A stretch of 64,000 nt of DNA. Origin: Pecten maximus (taxonomy: Eukaryota). Made by a program: the position numbers and the translations under genes. The DNA lies in assembly GCF_902652985.1 (NCBI RefSeq), contig NC_047015.1:32488001-32552000 (forward strand), in the 5' to 3' direction. Of the stretch, positions 1 to 15,000 are shown in pieces. How positions within the stretch are numbered: the stretch's first letter is position 1; each line of letters begins with the position of its first letter. The notes below the pieces were generated by a model that searched no databases, was not told the DNA's origin, and worked only from the letters and a program-made list of their open reading frames with translations.

Positions 1-87
1 ATGTGATAGAACAGAGAATCCTGGAGTCCATTAAACTTGACAAACTCGTCAAACTAGGTGACCTGAACGCCCAGGCAGACCTTACAG
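1..87 (+). CDS. NFKB1: NF-kB exon (RHD insert region), 5'-truncated by window
   Basis: Frame from nt 3 reads VIEQRILESIKLDKLVKLGDLNAQADLT. Donor ACAG|GTAAGA is phase 1 and joins the exon at 854. Confidence 0.75.
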
Positions 88-3000
88 GTAAGATTCTGTT
101 ATTTGTATGTAGAATATCATACATTAATTAATCATACCATATTCACAAAACAAGACAAAAAACATTTCACTTCAAATTTAGCAAATGTAAGATTCTGTTT
201 GTCATATAACCAATAAATTTGCAAACATTTTTGGAAGAAGAGTTTTTACAGGATCATTTAGCTTTTAGAATGGCAATATTTTCATTCCATTTATGATGTC
301 TCTTAATGTGATGCCATGGAAATGTGTTGTTACTGTGGGAACCTATAGCTAATCACTGCTGATCCATTATTTGTTCGTAACACAACTATGCTAATGAGAG
401 TAATTATGATATTAAAATCTTACGTTAAGTGATAACATGATGTAATTACAATGAGGGGGGAAACATGACTTCAGTTGAGTGACTCAAACCAGGTTATGTG
501 GACAGATGGCCTAGTTCACAGTATGTACGCAAGCTTGAAACTTATCACACTTCTGTCTGCCATTTGTGTGGTATATATCCTTTTCTTTAAAAGTCATGTG
601 CTTCCATCCACTGAATTATTCTGATCATAATTTGATTCATCACACATTTGTTTGGAGATTTTGGAAGTAAAATCACCTTTAATGAACATTCCTAACCATG
701 ACATACAAAACAGCTACATGTACAGTTTGTATATGAAGTGTAAGTGTACTGCATAGATATGTTATGTCAGCACATCATTTCAAATTTGATTGATGTCTTT
801 TTGGTCATTCAAGTATTTCCAATAAATTAATTTATGATTGTTATTTAATCTAGTGGAAGATGTTAACCAGGCTAAGGTACAATCTGAGAAACTTGCCAAG
901 GAAATGCAGTTAAATGTTGTGAAGCTGTGTTTCCAAGCCTACCTACGAGATGAAAATGGAATGTTTAGTCGTCTGCTTCCCTCTGTTCTATCCAACCCTA
1001 TATATGATAGCAGTAAGTATTATAATCTTCTGTTTATTTTAGTTCAGTGAAATAAGGTCTTCCCTCAAAATGAAGGACACATTGCATTAGTACCTCTTCT
1101 TCAGGTTCTCCTCATAATTTCTTCTCTGGCCATTACTGGCCTAAACTGTTGAAAATGTCTAGACAATACTTGCAGTATATGTACTTGCATTGCTTCAGCT
1201 GGTGTGCATTGTACTACTGGTATGTCACTGTGACCTTGACTTCAACATCAAAGGTCAAATAAGTGCAATTTTTTTCAATAATGCTTTTCCAGGCAATTAC
1301 TTTAAAAATGTTAAAGATGTCTTTATGATAGTTGCTGGATATCTGTTTCACACACTGACAAATTGTAGAACTGTTTGAAGGGGGAAAATATCAAACAAGT
1401 GTTAATTTTGTCTGGGTCATAACATCTAAACTGTTGAACTGTTGAAGATATCTTGATGAAACTTCAAAAATATACCAGTATATATATACACACTCACAGA
1501 TGATGTGCAGTGTACTATACCTGATAATTTGGTCATTGCAATCTTCATTTTTAGGTCAAAGATCATTTGAGTGCAAAAATATTCAATGCCTAGTAAGAGA
1601 GGAAAGAGAAACATGTTTTTGTTCACAAAAACAAATCACTAGTTGGATACATGTTTTGTGGAATTTATGGAATGGGCCTTGATTTACACTAATATTTATA
1701 TTTATTAATGTACAGTTACAGTTTTTAAACGAACATTAATGTTCGGTTATTGCAATCAAGAACTAGACTGAGAAATATGACCATATTTGGTAACCACATT
1801 CACCAATACGCCATCTACTGTCTGTTTCAATGAAATATGGCTGCCCCCATTGCCTTACGCTTCAAATAATTTACCTGCAAAAACATCTTCGTTTTATATA
1901 GTAGTTTTACCGAAAATGTGGAAATATATTCAGTAGATGTTTTGAAGATGCATACGATTTGAGAAATGCATAACGCTAGCGAAATGTTAGAACTAAATGA
2001 ACCTGAACTTTGCGAATAACTCCAGGTCAATATATTTATGTAAACAACTATTGCGCAGGCGCAATCGTCTCCGGATGTTTAGAAAGTTTTGCTCTTCCGT
2101 GTTCATTCCAAAAAGGCCTGACATTATAGCATAGGTCTGCAAATATGTCCGCGATTTACTTAAATGTGTAATATGTATATTCTAGAATGTTACATCATTA
2201 TCAACTAGGTGTGTATTTCTATAATTTAGAGAAAGAAATATATCAATAACGGCATACGAGACGATACATTGTATCATACTATAGGTTACTGTACGTGTTA
2301 ACGGTGTTTGCGAGAAAGAACTGTACATATGTATAGACTTACAATTAGGTGGCATTTGTGGTCAGGGTGACTGGTCATAGCGTTAACGTTGTCATCGATT
2401 TCCATATACCAATTTCCTTTGACGAAAATGACCAATAAATCAAATACAAATGATAATATCTTTTTATGTGCACGGGATTGCTTGTTGTAGGCGATACTTG
2501 AAACATATTTACTGTTGTAAGGGAGGTAACTGCAAGATTACGGAAATCAAAAGTTAAACCAATTTGATTGGTCGATTCTTCCACGACTTTGGCAGGGGGT
2601 TTACAATCGAAGTGACAGATTTCTTACGGCAATATTCAGATGATATCAACAATAACATTTTGGATACGTGTGGTTGGCAGTTGTCATGTTTAAAATGAAC
2701 AATTATATAGCTTGTTTTTATTTCGGCACAGACGAGAATATTTACTGAAACGGACCACACGTGAAGCGGACTTGGAAATACCAAAACGAAGAAAAATGGG
2801 GCTTAATTATAATATAAATTGGCATTATTTTCAGAGGATTGACCAATATATATGTTCTTCAATGCCTAATTGTATCATATATAAAATATTAGAGGTTTAT
2901 TTGACCGAATTTTAAATTAATTATTCATTTGCGAATCGCGGCCCGATTGTCGTTAGAGTTGTATTACCGAAATGGCCGATAGTGGACCCAAAATCGATAT

Positions 3001-6000
3001 TTTTACGAGAATTTTTTTTTCATTTACCTGGAAGTATTTTGAAATAATTTGCAAAATACCGAATTCACGACCAAATTTTCGATTGTGACGAACTACTGAG
3101 ACGGTGTTAAGTTCATGTTAAGTCAATCTGATTAAATCAGCTGTTACATGGCTACGTTTACTATGCACTACGTCTACTAGGTAATTTTTTTTAAAGACGG
3201 AAATCCGGATTATCTAAAAAACAAATGCAAAAATACTTGTGATATTCTCTTAATTTGATATTCAGCCGTTAATTGTTATCTGTAGTTTTATAACTTCTGA
3301 TATATTGTGATTGATACTCTATATAATATTGCTGTGGAACTTGTGTTATTTTTCAAACAAAATTCATTTTAATAATTTGTTAATTTAGAATTTTCATCAA
3401 GACATGATCAAGACTGAAATTCTCACTACACCGTACTTCAAACACGGAGTAATCAATGAATTGATAAACTGAAAATTGAAGTCAAGCAAATGAGTTAATA
3501 TTTACCTTAAGTATTTTTTCAATATACAACAAATGTTCAGATGACTATTTGTGCCATGCTGTTACAATATTTCAGTTACAATTCTAAAATTGAATTAGTA
3601 TGTAAATATATGTTATCCTGTCAATATCCACAAAGCGAGTGTAGTCTACTGTACTCAAAGTCATGCCAGTAGATAGCGGTACATATACTTACTGCTTACA
3701 TCTAGTGCTTACTTGTATGAACTATAAATCAATAACAAAATGGTTCCTATATTTCTATATATGACTTCACAAATTATGTGGTGTCTGAAGATCTGAATGA
3801 AGTTAATAAACGATGTATTAAATTATTTTTATGAAATATTCAAGTCACACATCATTCTCTTTTAAAAATATTGATTTCAGGTCCATTTTGGTAATTTAAC
3901 TATGACGGCAATCAGGCCTCGAATGGCGAATGATTACAAAAAATTTAAATACGTCTCGGTCAAATAAACCCCTAATATTTTACATATGATTAATTTTGAC
4001 ATTGGAGAACATATAATTGTGTCCATTCTCTAATATAAGCACTGGTAGAAAGTACAGAATAGAGCTTCATAAATATATTATCAAAATTACTAATTACCCC
4101 GGTAAATACAACATTTCACATAAACCTCCCATGACTGATGGTGAACTTAAACTTGCAAATCTCCTGTGTCATTCCAATTTTGATATGTGTAAATATATAC
4201 ACGTACGGTATATATATAGATATAGATATGGAATGATTCACAAATTTGCATACAGTTATGGAATCTTATAACACCCCAAAAAATGTTCTCTCCACATAAA
4301 GGTGTGATTTGTGCAATTACATTGCTGAACTATGTGGTTCACTATGATTGGATGATCAACATTGGAAAGGGACAATAAATAGGGAATGTGTCATCCCATC
4401 GAATGGACTGTAACCTTTATCAGCTTTGAAGTTGAAAATGAAGCTTGAAGTTTTCTTTTCCTGTTTGCTGAATTATTTGATGAAGATAGTCTTTATATGG
4501 TTGTTATTCTTTATCACATTGTGTACAATACTGTAATTATACCAGAAGTATATCTATTCATATAAAGATTTATTAACATCAAATGATTCCTGAACAAAAA
4601 GAGTCAAGTTTTTTGTTTTGAAGTACCATACCTGCTTGAGTACAGTTTCAATAGGATACATTCCTAATGCGGGCCTTGATTAGCAGCTCTGGTTTTGGTT
4701 TTCAGTAGTTCTTTATGTGTGTTTCATCATATTAAGTTGAAATATGCTAAACTAACGATGGAACTAGCCTAAATTTAGTGCATATTAGAAGTTGGCATCA
4801 ATAAGGTCACAGAGTCCTGGCTGTATTATAACTGATGATGCCTTCCCGAAAGAAAGAAGACATATTTTATTTTCATCCATCCAAGATAGATCAACAAACT
4901 TCCAATTTCAATTAGGACCTTACAGAAACATGCATGTGTTCAATCATATTAGAACAGCTGCAAACATTTCAAATTATTTGCAATTAATTCCTAAACCAAT
5001 ATCAGTAAATTTATCAACTTTAAACTTAGAAGATTACTGATTTTGCATTAAACAATAATGTTCGTTTACAGTACTTCCAGTACTTTGATTATTCATTGCC
5101 ACCAATAGTGAAAATAAATGATATCTTGATGATAACAAACTTTACGCTTAAAATATGTATCCTCCAAATTAATGCGGAACAAGGCCATTCTGCATTACAG
5201 ATTAAGTTAGTTGACAGTGCTTCAAAGGGACTACCTTTAGTTGTATTTGCCAGCAGTGTGATTCTTCATATAAAAGAACTATTTTAGAATATTTGAAACA
5301 AAGGAAATAAAAATACAAGGACAACTGATAAATTTGTAGGAAATATACTCAAAAGTTTTAAAAATTATTTCATTAACTTATTATTGTTCTGTTTCACAGA
5401 ATCACCTGGAGCCAATGCCCTCAAAATCTGTCGCATGGATAAATACGGGGGCTGTTGTACTGGAAATGAAGAGGTGTTTCTGTTGTGTGAAAAAGTACAG
5501 AAAGGTAACTTGGTATTCTGTCATATGTTGGATACAAAGGTTAAAAGTATGTTAGCACACAGAACATGGTGGTACTTATGTGTGATTGTTAGTGGTTTTG
5601 TGTCCTTACATAAACTAACATCATATACCATCTAATGTTACAACTGAAGAAAACAATATAGTACAAAGAATATCATAGTAACAATGTTAGTGTCCTCTAA
5701 TAATACCATGCAGTAGAAAACAACATTGTGCTGCACTGTTCCATTCACTGTTTGTCCTCACTAAGATCAGGTACATTTTTGATAACAGAAAACTGATATT
5801 ATGCTATATCTGTATATGTCCACTAAATTCCATCCTCTGCTTGATGCTTCATGTCAAGATTCATTGACTGATCTACTGAGAAAGAAAAATGTAGCTTATC
5901 CTAGTTATTTAACTACAATCAATGTCTTTTCATTCAATTGATCTAAAACCTAATAGATATATACCTCAGTTAGAAAGTCATTTTATCTATACCTTATCAT

Positions 6001-9000
6001 GAATCTTAGACGACATCTCGGTAAGATTTGTGGAGCAAGATGAGGAGGGTCAAGTGACTTGGGAGGCGTATGGGACCTTTGGGCCTTTTGATGTCCACAG
6101 ACAGGTTAGTATGAACCTATTCTTATAAATTATCTTATTCTCTTAGATTTGTTCAAAATCTGCTACTCGTTAGACTAAATAAAGTTCTTGATCAGATTCT
6201 TGTCTGTGAAAAGTTCAAATATTTTTGATAATTGTGTACAACTGTTTTTATTAATTTATGACAATGATTAAGATGATTTGTGTTGAATAAGTTGTCCACC
6301 AAGTGACACTTGTGTGGAAAACATCTCACCTTCAGAGAGTAGCTAGTTTGTCAGGTACAGTAGTCTATACAGAGAAAGCATATACAATTGTTTGAGTGCT
6401 GTTGTTGTTGATGATACTTTCACGATTTAACTATTGTTTAAGTTAATGAAAAAATTGAATTAATATTAACTTCTTTTTTTTTTACAAACCAGTATGCCAT
6501 CGTCTTCAAAACCCCACCCTACAAGGACCCAACGATAGACAGAGCAGTAAATGTTCTCATAATGTTACAACGCAAGTCAGATTCTGAAAGCAGTGATCCA
6601 AAGTCTTTTACCTACTACCCTCAGAACATCGGTAAGTTTACTTTCAGTAAACACGTCAGGTAATTGGTTAGTCTTTTAAGTACTTACCTCAATGTCCAGA
6701 GTTACATTTACACTTCGCTGGGCTAGCATGGTAACGTGACCCTCTAGTGGCCTGTTTATCTACAGACACTAATGTTCTGTGATCTTAATTGTTGCAAAAT
6801 GTATGGCCATTAACATTAAACATTTACATAGTCATTTTGTGTCTTTGCCATATGTTAATTTATCAATATTAAATTTGATTAAAGGTATTTGTAGGGCAAC
6901 AGGAAGGGAACAGTTTGTTTTGGACTTATTATAATAGGTATTGTTTGGATGTATAAAGTGGACCGCACAAAGATCATGGCTTTTAAATGTGTTTAAATTG
7001 GTTAAAGAGATACTTTAATGAAACCTCATATGTTACTGTCTCATCACTACAAATGTTTATCACCTGTACCCAAGTGTTCAAGTCAAGGTCAAGCTCAGGC
7101 TTATAACCTGCTATCCTCAAGAATCAGAAAATAGCATGAGGGATATTTTTCTGTATTATTACAGGTATACTGTATGCTCCCCCAGGGAGCTAAGGAAGAC
7201 ATTGGCTGGTTGCTAAAAGCCTAATAACCATAGATGATAATTTGTGAACCACTTTGAAGCGGCCATGTTGGTTTGATATAGCAGTACAGTGGAACTTCGT
7301 TAACTCGAACTCGGAAAACTCGAATACCCGCTTAACTCAAAGTACAAATGTACTTTGTCAGTCCCGGCCGAATTATCTCTTTATCCTAGTAAAAAAAAAC
7401 TTGGAAAACTCAAATTCGGAAAACCCGAAAAACTGGGATAATATGAAGTGAAAATTTGGCCCTAATTCATTAAAGAAATTGTCGGTGGAATCTTATAACA
7501 ATAAATGTCGGTGATAAAAAGGACTGTTTTACTTACATCAGGTAATTTCCTAAGGCGGTCGCCGATAATAGTACACACGATAGTCAACAACTCATCTACC
7601 CGCTTGCTCAAGCGGAACTAATCTCTGACACACCGGTAGATCTACCCGGCTGATGTTTTTACAGGTGTAGAAATGAAACAGTCACCGGTGCCTATTAAAT
7701 ATTAAACTGCACATAGAAATGGCGTGGTTGTCGGTAAAACATAAGTAGGACTATCAAACAGTGTTTTATATGTCCAATATAAGGTAATGGTTCTGTTACG
7801 TTTTACATATAATCTGTGTTAAATTTAAACGGTTATTTGATATACCATCAATAAATTGTTATTCGGTTGAATTCCATTTTATCGTTTTTCCTTTTGCAAA
7901 CATGACATATGTTATTTACATCAGATCGTTATTGAATTGACTAAGCGAAAGAAAATTTATCGAGACTGTATATCGGCAAAACTACACCAAACTACGAGTG
8001 ACAGAACAAAATATTACATATACATTTACATGTATTGACCGGTCTTTACACTTAACTGATGAGCGACAGAGCAGAGGACAGAGTGGAGTTATGATGATTA
8101 TATAATCTTGACAAATATTGACCAAACTTTGCACCAAAAATGACAACTCCCTTAATTCGAACACTCAGATAACTCGAAGTTTTCTCATGGTCCCGTTGAG
8201 TTCGAGTTAAGTTCCACTGGATATGAGACTCCAGATTATTATTATCATTAGATTTCTTGCATTTTCTTTAAAAAGTCTGATTTCTTTTTGATTTATAGAC
8301 ATGGATGACATTCGTAAGAAGAGAAAGAAGACTCTGCCAATATATCCAGGGAGTGGTAACTTTGGCTCTGGAGGCGGCGATAAACAACGAGGAGGCAGTG
8401 GCAACTTCTTCGGTGCAGTCAATGGAAGTGAGAGAATATTATGAGTGGCCTGACAGATTGACATAGAAATGTGAACAAAATAGTCAGTTTGTAGGAAAAA
8501 AATCAGATCTTGTTTTTTACTTCTTAGGAAACTTTATGAATTCAAATTCAGAGTTTGAAGATTAAGAAAAATTACCAAAAATAGATACCCTGAAAAAAAT
8601 TATAGAAATAAATTATACATGTAATCTACTTTCACTTTCTGTGAAATTTCTGCTGAACTGAGAATTTGAACCTGGTAAAAAAAATACTGTTAAGATAATA
8701 TATTGGATTATAGAGACTTTATACCTACTGCATTGAAGTTTGGGGGTATATTGGAATCACCCTGTCTGTCTGCCGTCCTGAGAACTCCTCCTAAACTTGA
8801 AAACCAATTTCAATGAAACTTCATACTAATATAAAGGACCATATTTCTATGTGTATGCAATTTTTTTTTCTTCAAAATTTTGGGTGGCTTGGTAATTAAC
8901 TGGTCAGTATAAACAGGTTTAATGATAAAGGGCCATAGCTCTTCGTTCATTTGACTAATTTTGTATTCAGCATCTGTCAAATGGTGTAACTAAACAAAGC

Positions 9001-12000
9001 CTATAGTTGCACATATTAGGTGTTTCCGAAGCTATTACCATGGCAACACAGTCCTGGCTTCTGATTGGTCAAAATGTAGATATTGGCAGAACTTGACCAA
9101 ATTTGCTATACATAGGTATTTGGAGATGCTGGGCATCACTGTATGGGTTTTGTTACCATGACAACCTAGCTGAAAAAAAGTGGCCTTGATATGTTGAAAT
9201 GTAGTCTATGACTGATTCTGACCTAATTTGATGTACAAGGGTGTTAGGGGATGCCAAATGTCACTGTGTAGGCTTTGTTGCCATGACAACTATGCTGAAG
9301 AAAATAGTGGCCTCTTATTGGTTGAAATTTAGAAACTGTCCTATTTCAACAAATTTGATACTTGATAGGTGATTGGGACCAAATAAATATTGGCCTCTAA
9401 TAAGTTGACATTTAGATATTGTTTGAATTGGATAGATTTCTTTAAAAATGTGCATATGATTGATACATGTGTTTGTGCATGAGTATTTTAATTTTACATG
9501 TCGAGGGGCAATGTTATGCTTAAAATACTGAATTCATTGGGACTGGAACTAAGGCTGTTGATGTATAAACGGCAACTGGGGTTGGAGAGGTATTAGTTAC
9601 CCCAATAATGACGGTTTTTAATTGGACTAGTGGGTGTATAAGGATGGTTCTACAAGATTTCTGGCTATTCTCAATGTAATATAGTATGTAGTCTTTAATC
9701 TTCCATCCAGTGTGTTGTCCATTACTAAAGTGAGGATGAATTGTTTGTTGTAGACTCGTTGTCTGATAGCCAAGGAAACATGCCCACAACAGTTAACCAA
9801 GATGAAGGTAGGTTTAGATATGGTTATTATACCCCCTACAACAAACTTGGGCGAGGGGGTATTGGAATCAGTGTGTCCATTCGTCTGTTCATAGTACTAA
9901 TATTGTACTGCCTACTCCTCCCAGTTTTATGCATGCATTTTAACAAAACTTTGCACACATATTATTCATGACATGTTCTTGTGTCTCTATGATATTTATT
10001 AAGTTCCATCAATAATTATTGTATTGAATATTTTGCAGACCTAGTTCACAAAAAATCAAATTTCACCCAACATTCTCTATTCAAAATATGCAGTTTTTTT
10101 ATCAAAAGGCAGTATATAAAATGAATGTACTTTTCTAAAGAATTTAAAGTTGGATGTACACCATCTCCACATAGCAATTCCATAATGTTACCAAGTATGC
10201 ATCCCTATTATGTGTTGTGTCATGTCACATTACATAAGGGTGAAATATCTATGCTCCTGTTTGTGACACTATTGTTGGTAGTACAGTGTATTTTGTTAAA
10301 ATACAGTAGCAATTTCTTGATAAATTAATAAATACCCATTATTTGTTGATTTTACATTGATGCCAATTTTAGGAGATTTTATTTCTGTTACCTATATGAT
10401 TGTGATTATGTATTAAATGCTTTACTTCGGCAGATGCTCCTCTGTCTAGAAGGACTATGGCTAAGGCAAGGCGTAATCCTGTACAACAACGCATCACCCC
10501 CCATGATGACTTGGAAACTGATACACCACCAGCTGTCACATTAGCATGTCAGCCTCCGAAACAAGCTGTTAACCCCTATTTCAGCAGTATGCAGATGCCT
10601 CAGCAAACTTTACCGCAAACCATGCCTATTAGGATACCCCAGACCACAGCCTATACCACGCCCTCTAACACTAACATGACTCCACCACAAACCATGTATA
10701 TGCCAAACACCCTAAATACATCAGTTCCACAAACATCTGCCCAAAATACGTACATGGCTACCTCCCACAATAACCAAATAGGGATGTCCCAGGGTCATCA
10801 AATATCAATGCCTCATATGCCACAACAGATAACTCAACTACCGACCATGTACACTAACAACCAGTACCAGGGTCAGATCCTGATGGCTCCATCCAACCTG
10901 TACATGAACCCTAACCTTATGACTAGAGGCTCAGAGAGAGAGACTTCACCCATTCCAAGCATTCCACTAACTGTCCATGATGACAGGGAGATCATAGAAA
11001 AATATTCGGATCTGATTCCACTGACCGTTAGTGCGGATATGGGAACATGTCCACCTCAGATTCCACTGACCGTTAGTGGACATGATGTGGTTGATGGCAT
11101 GGTCAAAATGGAAAGTCCAGCAATAGTTCATCAACCTGTTAAACGCGTGCACAAATTCCACAGTGATCCTGGTTCCCGTACAACTAAAAGTGTACATGGT
11201 AGGTTTTATTTTCTGGCATTATATTCAATTTTTTTCGTACTAAACAGACGCTTAATCATTGTCCTTTATAAAATAATTCCAAAACTTGCCTTTTCTCTTT
11301 TTTATCCTTTCCTTGTATCTGGCCTTGTTTTATAATCATACCAGACATTACCTGTTAAGTGGGGAATCTTCCTGTTTAATTATTTAGATACTTTGAAATA
11401 ATGTATTAGTTATTGTAATAATGTCAGAATTCCAATAGGTCTACAAGATAAGACAGAGAAATTTCAAATTTGTAGTTTGTGGAAAAAGTTTCTGTAGATG
11501 TACTGGACCTAAGGCACGCAACATTCAAACTCAAAATCCGACAAAAGCAAAACGGTTTGTTACCTATTGTACCACCATCCTGAAAGTCTATTCCGTGTAG
11601 GTTTTGGAACGACTACTAATCATTAGCAGTTTCCCTAATACTGGACGACATCCCTGACACTGGCTAAAAAAGACGGCCAAGGCCATTCAGCTGTATGCAG
11701 CTACAGAGACACATGCCTACCATAGCCACCGGTCAGTCAGAGTACAGGGTTTTCAACCTGTATAATGGTAGACTTTTGATTTTGTAACATGTACAGTTAT
11801 CTCACCGACCTAATGTTGACAAAGATGGGGACAACATGTAAGTATCGTCTCACCTGTAAAAGGTAGGATGAGTGGACATGTAAGTAATCATTACACTCTG
11901 TAGTAACAGGTATACGGATTGGGCACCTGTACGTATCTCACCTGTATCAATGTAAGGGTGCATGTAAGTATCTCACCTTATTAGCTGAACAAGGACTGGG

Positions 12001-15000
12001 ATGATAAGTAATCGTCGCCTGTATAACAGGTAAGGATGGGGACATGTAAGTATCTCACCTGTATAACAGGTAAGGATGGGGACATGTAAGTATCTCACCT
12101 GTATAAAAGGTAAGGATGGGGACATGTAAGTATCTCACGTGTATTGCTGACAAGGATGGGGGCATGTAAGTATCTCACCTGTATAACAGGTAAGGATGGG
12201 GACATGTAAGTATCTCACCTGTATAACAGGTAAGGATGGGGACATGTAAGTATCTCACCTGTATAACAGGTAAGGATGGGGACATGTAAGTATCTCACCT
12301 GTATAACAGGTAAGGATGGGGACATGTAAGTATCTCACCTGTATAACAGGTAAGGATGGGGACATGTAAGTATCTCACCTGTATTGCGGACGAGGATGGG
12401 GACATGGTCCATATCACCACTGTTCAGTATCTTCCATAGTTTTTGTGGAACCAGAAATGTTTTAGTGGATATAAGTATTTTTTGCTTGTTCAGTCATGCA
12501 GGAATGCAAATCTATGATGTGTGTTTGTTATATGTATCATGTAATACATGTGTTTGTTATATGTATCATGTAATACATGTGTTTGTTATATGTATCATGT
12601 AATACATGTGTTTGTTACATGTATCATGTAATACGTGTGTTTGTTACATGTATCATGTAATACATGTGTTTGTTACATGTATCATGTAATACATGTGTTT
12701 GTTATATGTATCATGTAATACATGTGTTTGTTATATGTATCATGTAATACATGTGTTTGTTATATGTATCATGTAATACATGTGTTTGTTATATGTATCA
12801 TGTAATACATGTGTTTGTTATATGTATCATGTAATACATGTGTTTGTTATATGTATCATGTAATACATGTATTTGTTATATGTATCATGTAATACATGTG
12901 TTTGTTACATGTATCATGTAATACATGTGTTTGTTACATGTATCATGTAATACATGTGTTTGTTATATGTATCATGTAATACATGTGTTTGTTATATGTA
13001 TCATGTAATACACGTGTTTGTTATATGTATCATGTTATACATGTGTTTGTTATATGTATCATGTAATACATGTGTTTGTTATATGTATCATGTAATACAT
13101 GTGTTTGTTATATGTATCATGTAATACATGTGTTTGTTACATGTATCATGTAATACGTGTGTTTGTTACATGTATCATGTAATACATGTGTTTGTTACAT
13201 GTATCATGTAATACATGTGTTTGTTATATGTATCATGTAATACATGTGTTTGTTATATGTATCATGTAATACGTGTGTTTGTTACATGTATCATGTAATA
13301 CGTGTGTTTGTTACATGTATCATGTAATACGTGTGTTTGTTACATGTATCATGTTATACATGTGTTTGTTATATGTATCATGTAATACATGTGTTTGTTA
13401 TATGTATCATGTAATACATGTGTTTGTTATATGTATCATGTAATACATGTGTTTGTTATATGTATCATGTAATACATCCCTAAATGGTTGATGATTTTAA
13501 CTTAAAACATTGTTGTTGCTTCAGACCTCTACACACCTGTATTATCAACCACCAGCTGGAGGTCGTCCACAACCTACTGGATGTCATGGAAACTTTGCCC
13601 AATGCTCAGTCCAAGATCAATGTCCACAATAGGAGACTCCAGGTACTGAAGCTGTATAAACAAAAATTAAAGATATGTGTTTGGGACAACTGATTTTGAG
13701 AGATTGTTTTTAACTTTTTATAATGATGATAAATACTATTATCAATTACTAGCTAGCCCCCCGAAGTGTTTTGGTTGCTGCTGTGTCAGTCCAACTTTCT
13801 GTCTATCCTTTTCATGTCCGCAGCATAACTTTGACCACAAATAAGCCAAGATCATGAAACTTAGTGTGTACTTAAGTTACACCAAGGTGGCATGCAGTGT
13901 ACTAGATTCATGGCCCACAACCCTTTATTTACAGAGTTTTTGCTTTTAGTTAAGATTTCCTGTCTAGAGCAAAACAATACATTTGTAGTGTTAAAAAACA
14001 TTATTCTTCCTTTTTCTAAACTCTCAAATTTTAACATATTGTTTACAAGTATTTGTGAGTAATATGACCGAATACAAAATTAACCTCTAATAAAGTTGTT
14101 TTTGAGAGTATTCATCAATTCCACGGCTACTCTTGTGTTAAAAAATACTTTAATCAATAATCTGAATTATCAAAATTCTATTCAAAATTTATGATATTAA
14201 ACTTAAAATCAGTTAATAATAAGAATGATAAAACTAATTTACAGACACCATTGCATCTTGCTGTGATAACTGGCCAGGAAGGAGTGGTTGATGCCCTTCT
14301 CAAGGCAGGAGGAGAACCCACTGTTCTTGATCGTCATGGTAACACAGCAGCTCACTTAGCCTCGCTTTACAAAAAGGACAAGTGTCTTGCAGCAATGCTC
14401 AAATATATCCGGCCGAGAGTCAGCAGGCAGAGACCTTTCCCAGAACTTGACATCAAGAACATTGATGGTACTTATCAACAAGGCTGGATTCCTAATCAAA
14501 TTCAAATGCTGTCATAATTTTACTGACTTAATTCATACCTTTCCAAAAAGTAATAATAGATATGAAGACTAAATCAAGAGCATTTCAGAGCAGTTCATAT
14601 CTACAGGAATAATTCAACATAAGTAATTAGCCTTATAAATCAGCAATGCTAGTTTGACAATTATAGCAGAAAGTTATTACAATAAATGTATTAACATGTG
14701 TCAAGTTATATTTCATAATGTGACAAATTTTGTTTGCTTGCTGTCTTTTTATTGTAGAAACTGAGCGGGGGGAATAATGCGAGTAACCATTTCTTGTTTG
14801 ACAATGTTTCTTGTTTTCTGTGGATTGGACTTGATGTTATGAAATATTACCTTTATATATGTACTGTGATAATTTTCTAGGTTTGACTCCACTCCATATT
14901 TCTGCCCAAAAAGAGGACTTAACATCCATAAAACTATTAATAAAGGGCAAAGCTGATGTGAACATGGCTGATGGGAAAAGTGGTCGAACAGCCCTTCACT

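Noticed and set aside
11199-11335. Hydrophobic C-terminal tail of ORF 10457-11335 as a membrane anchor on NF-kB
   Set aside because: It is read-through past a good donor (CATG|GTAGGT) into T-rich intron sequence.
11361-11372. kB-like site GGGGAATCTTCC as intronic autoregulation (also GGGAATTTACC near 62429)
   Set aside because: Imperfect matches of this kind are expected by chance in 64 kb, and the first lies at the edge of the low-quality segment.
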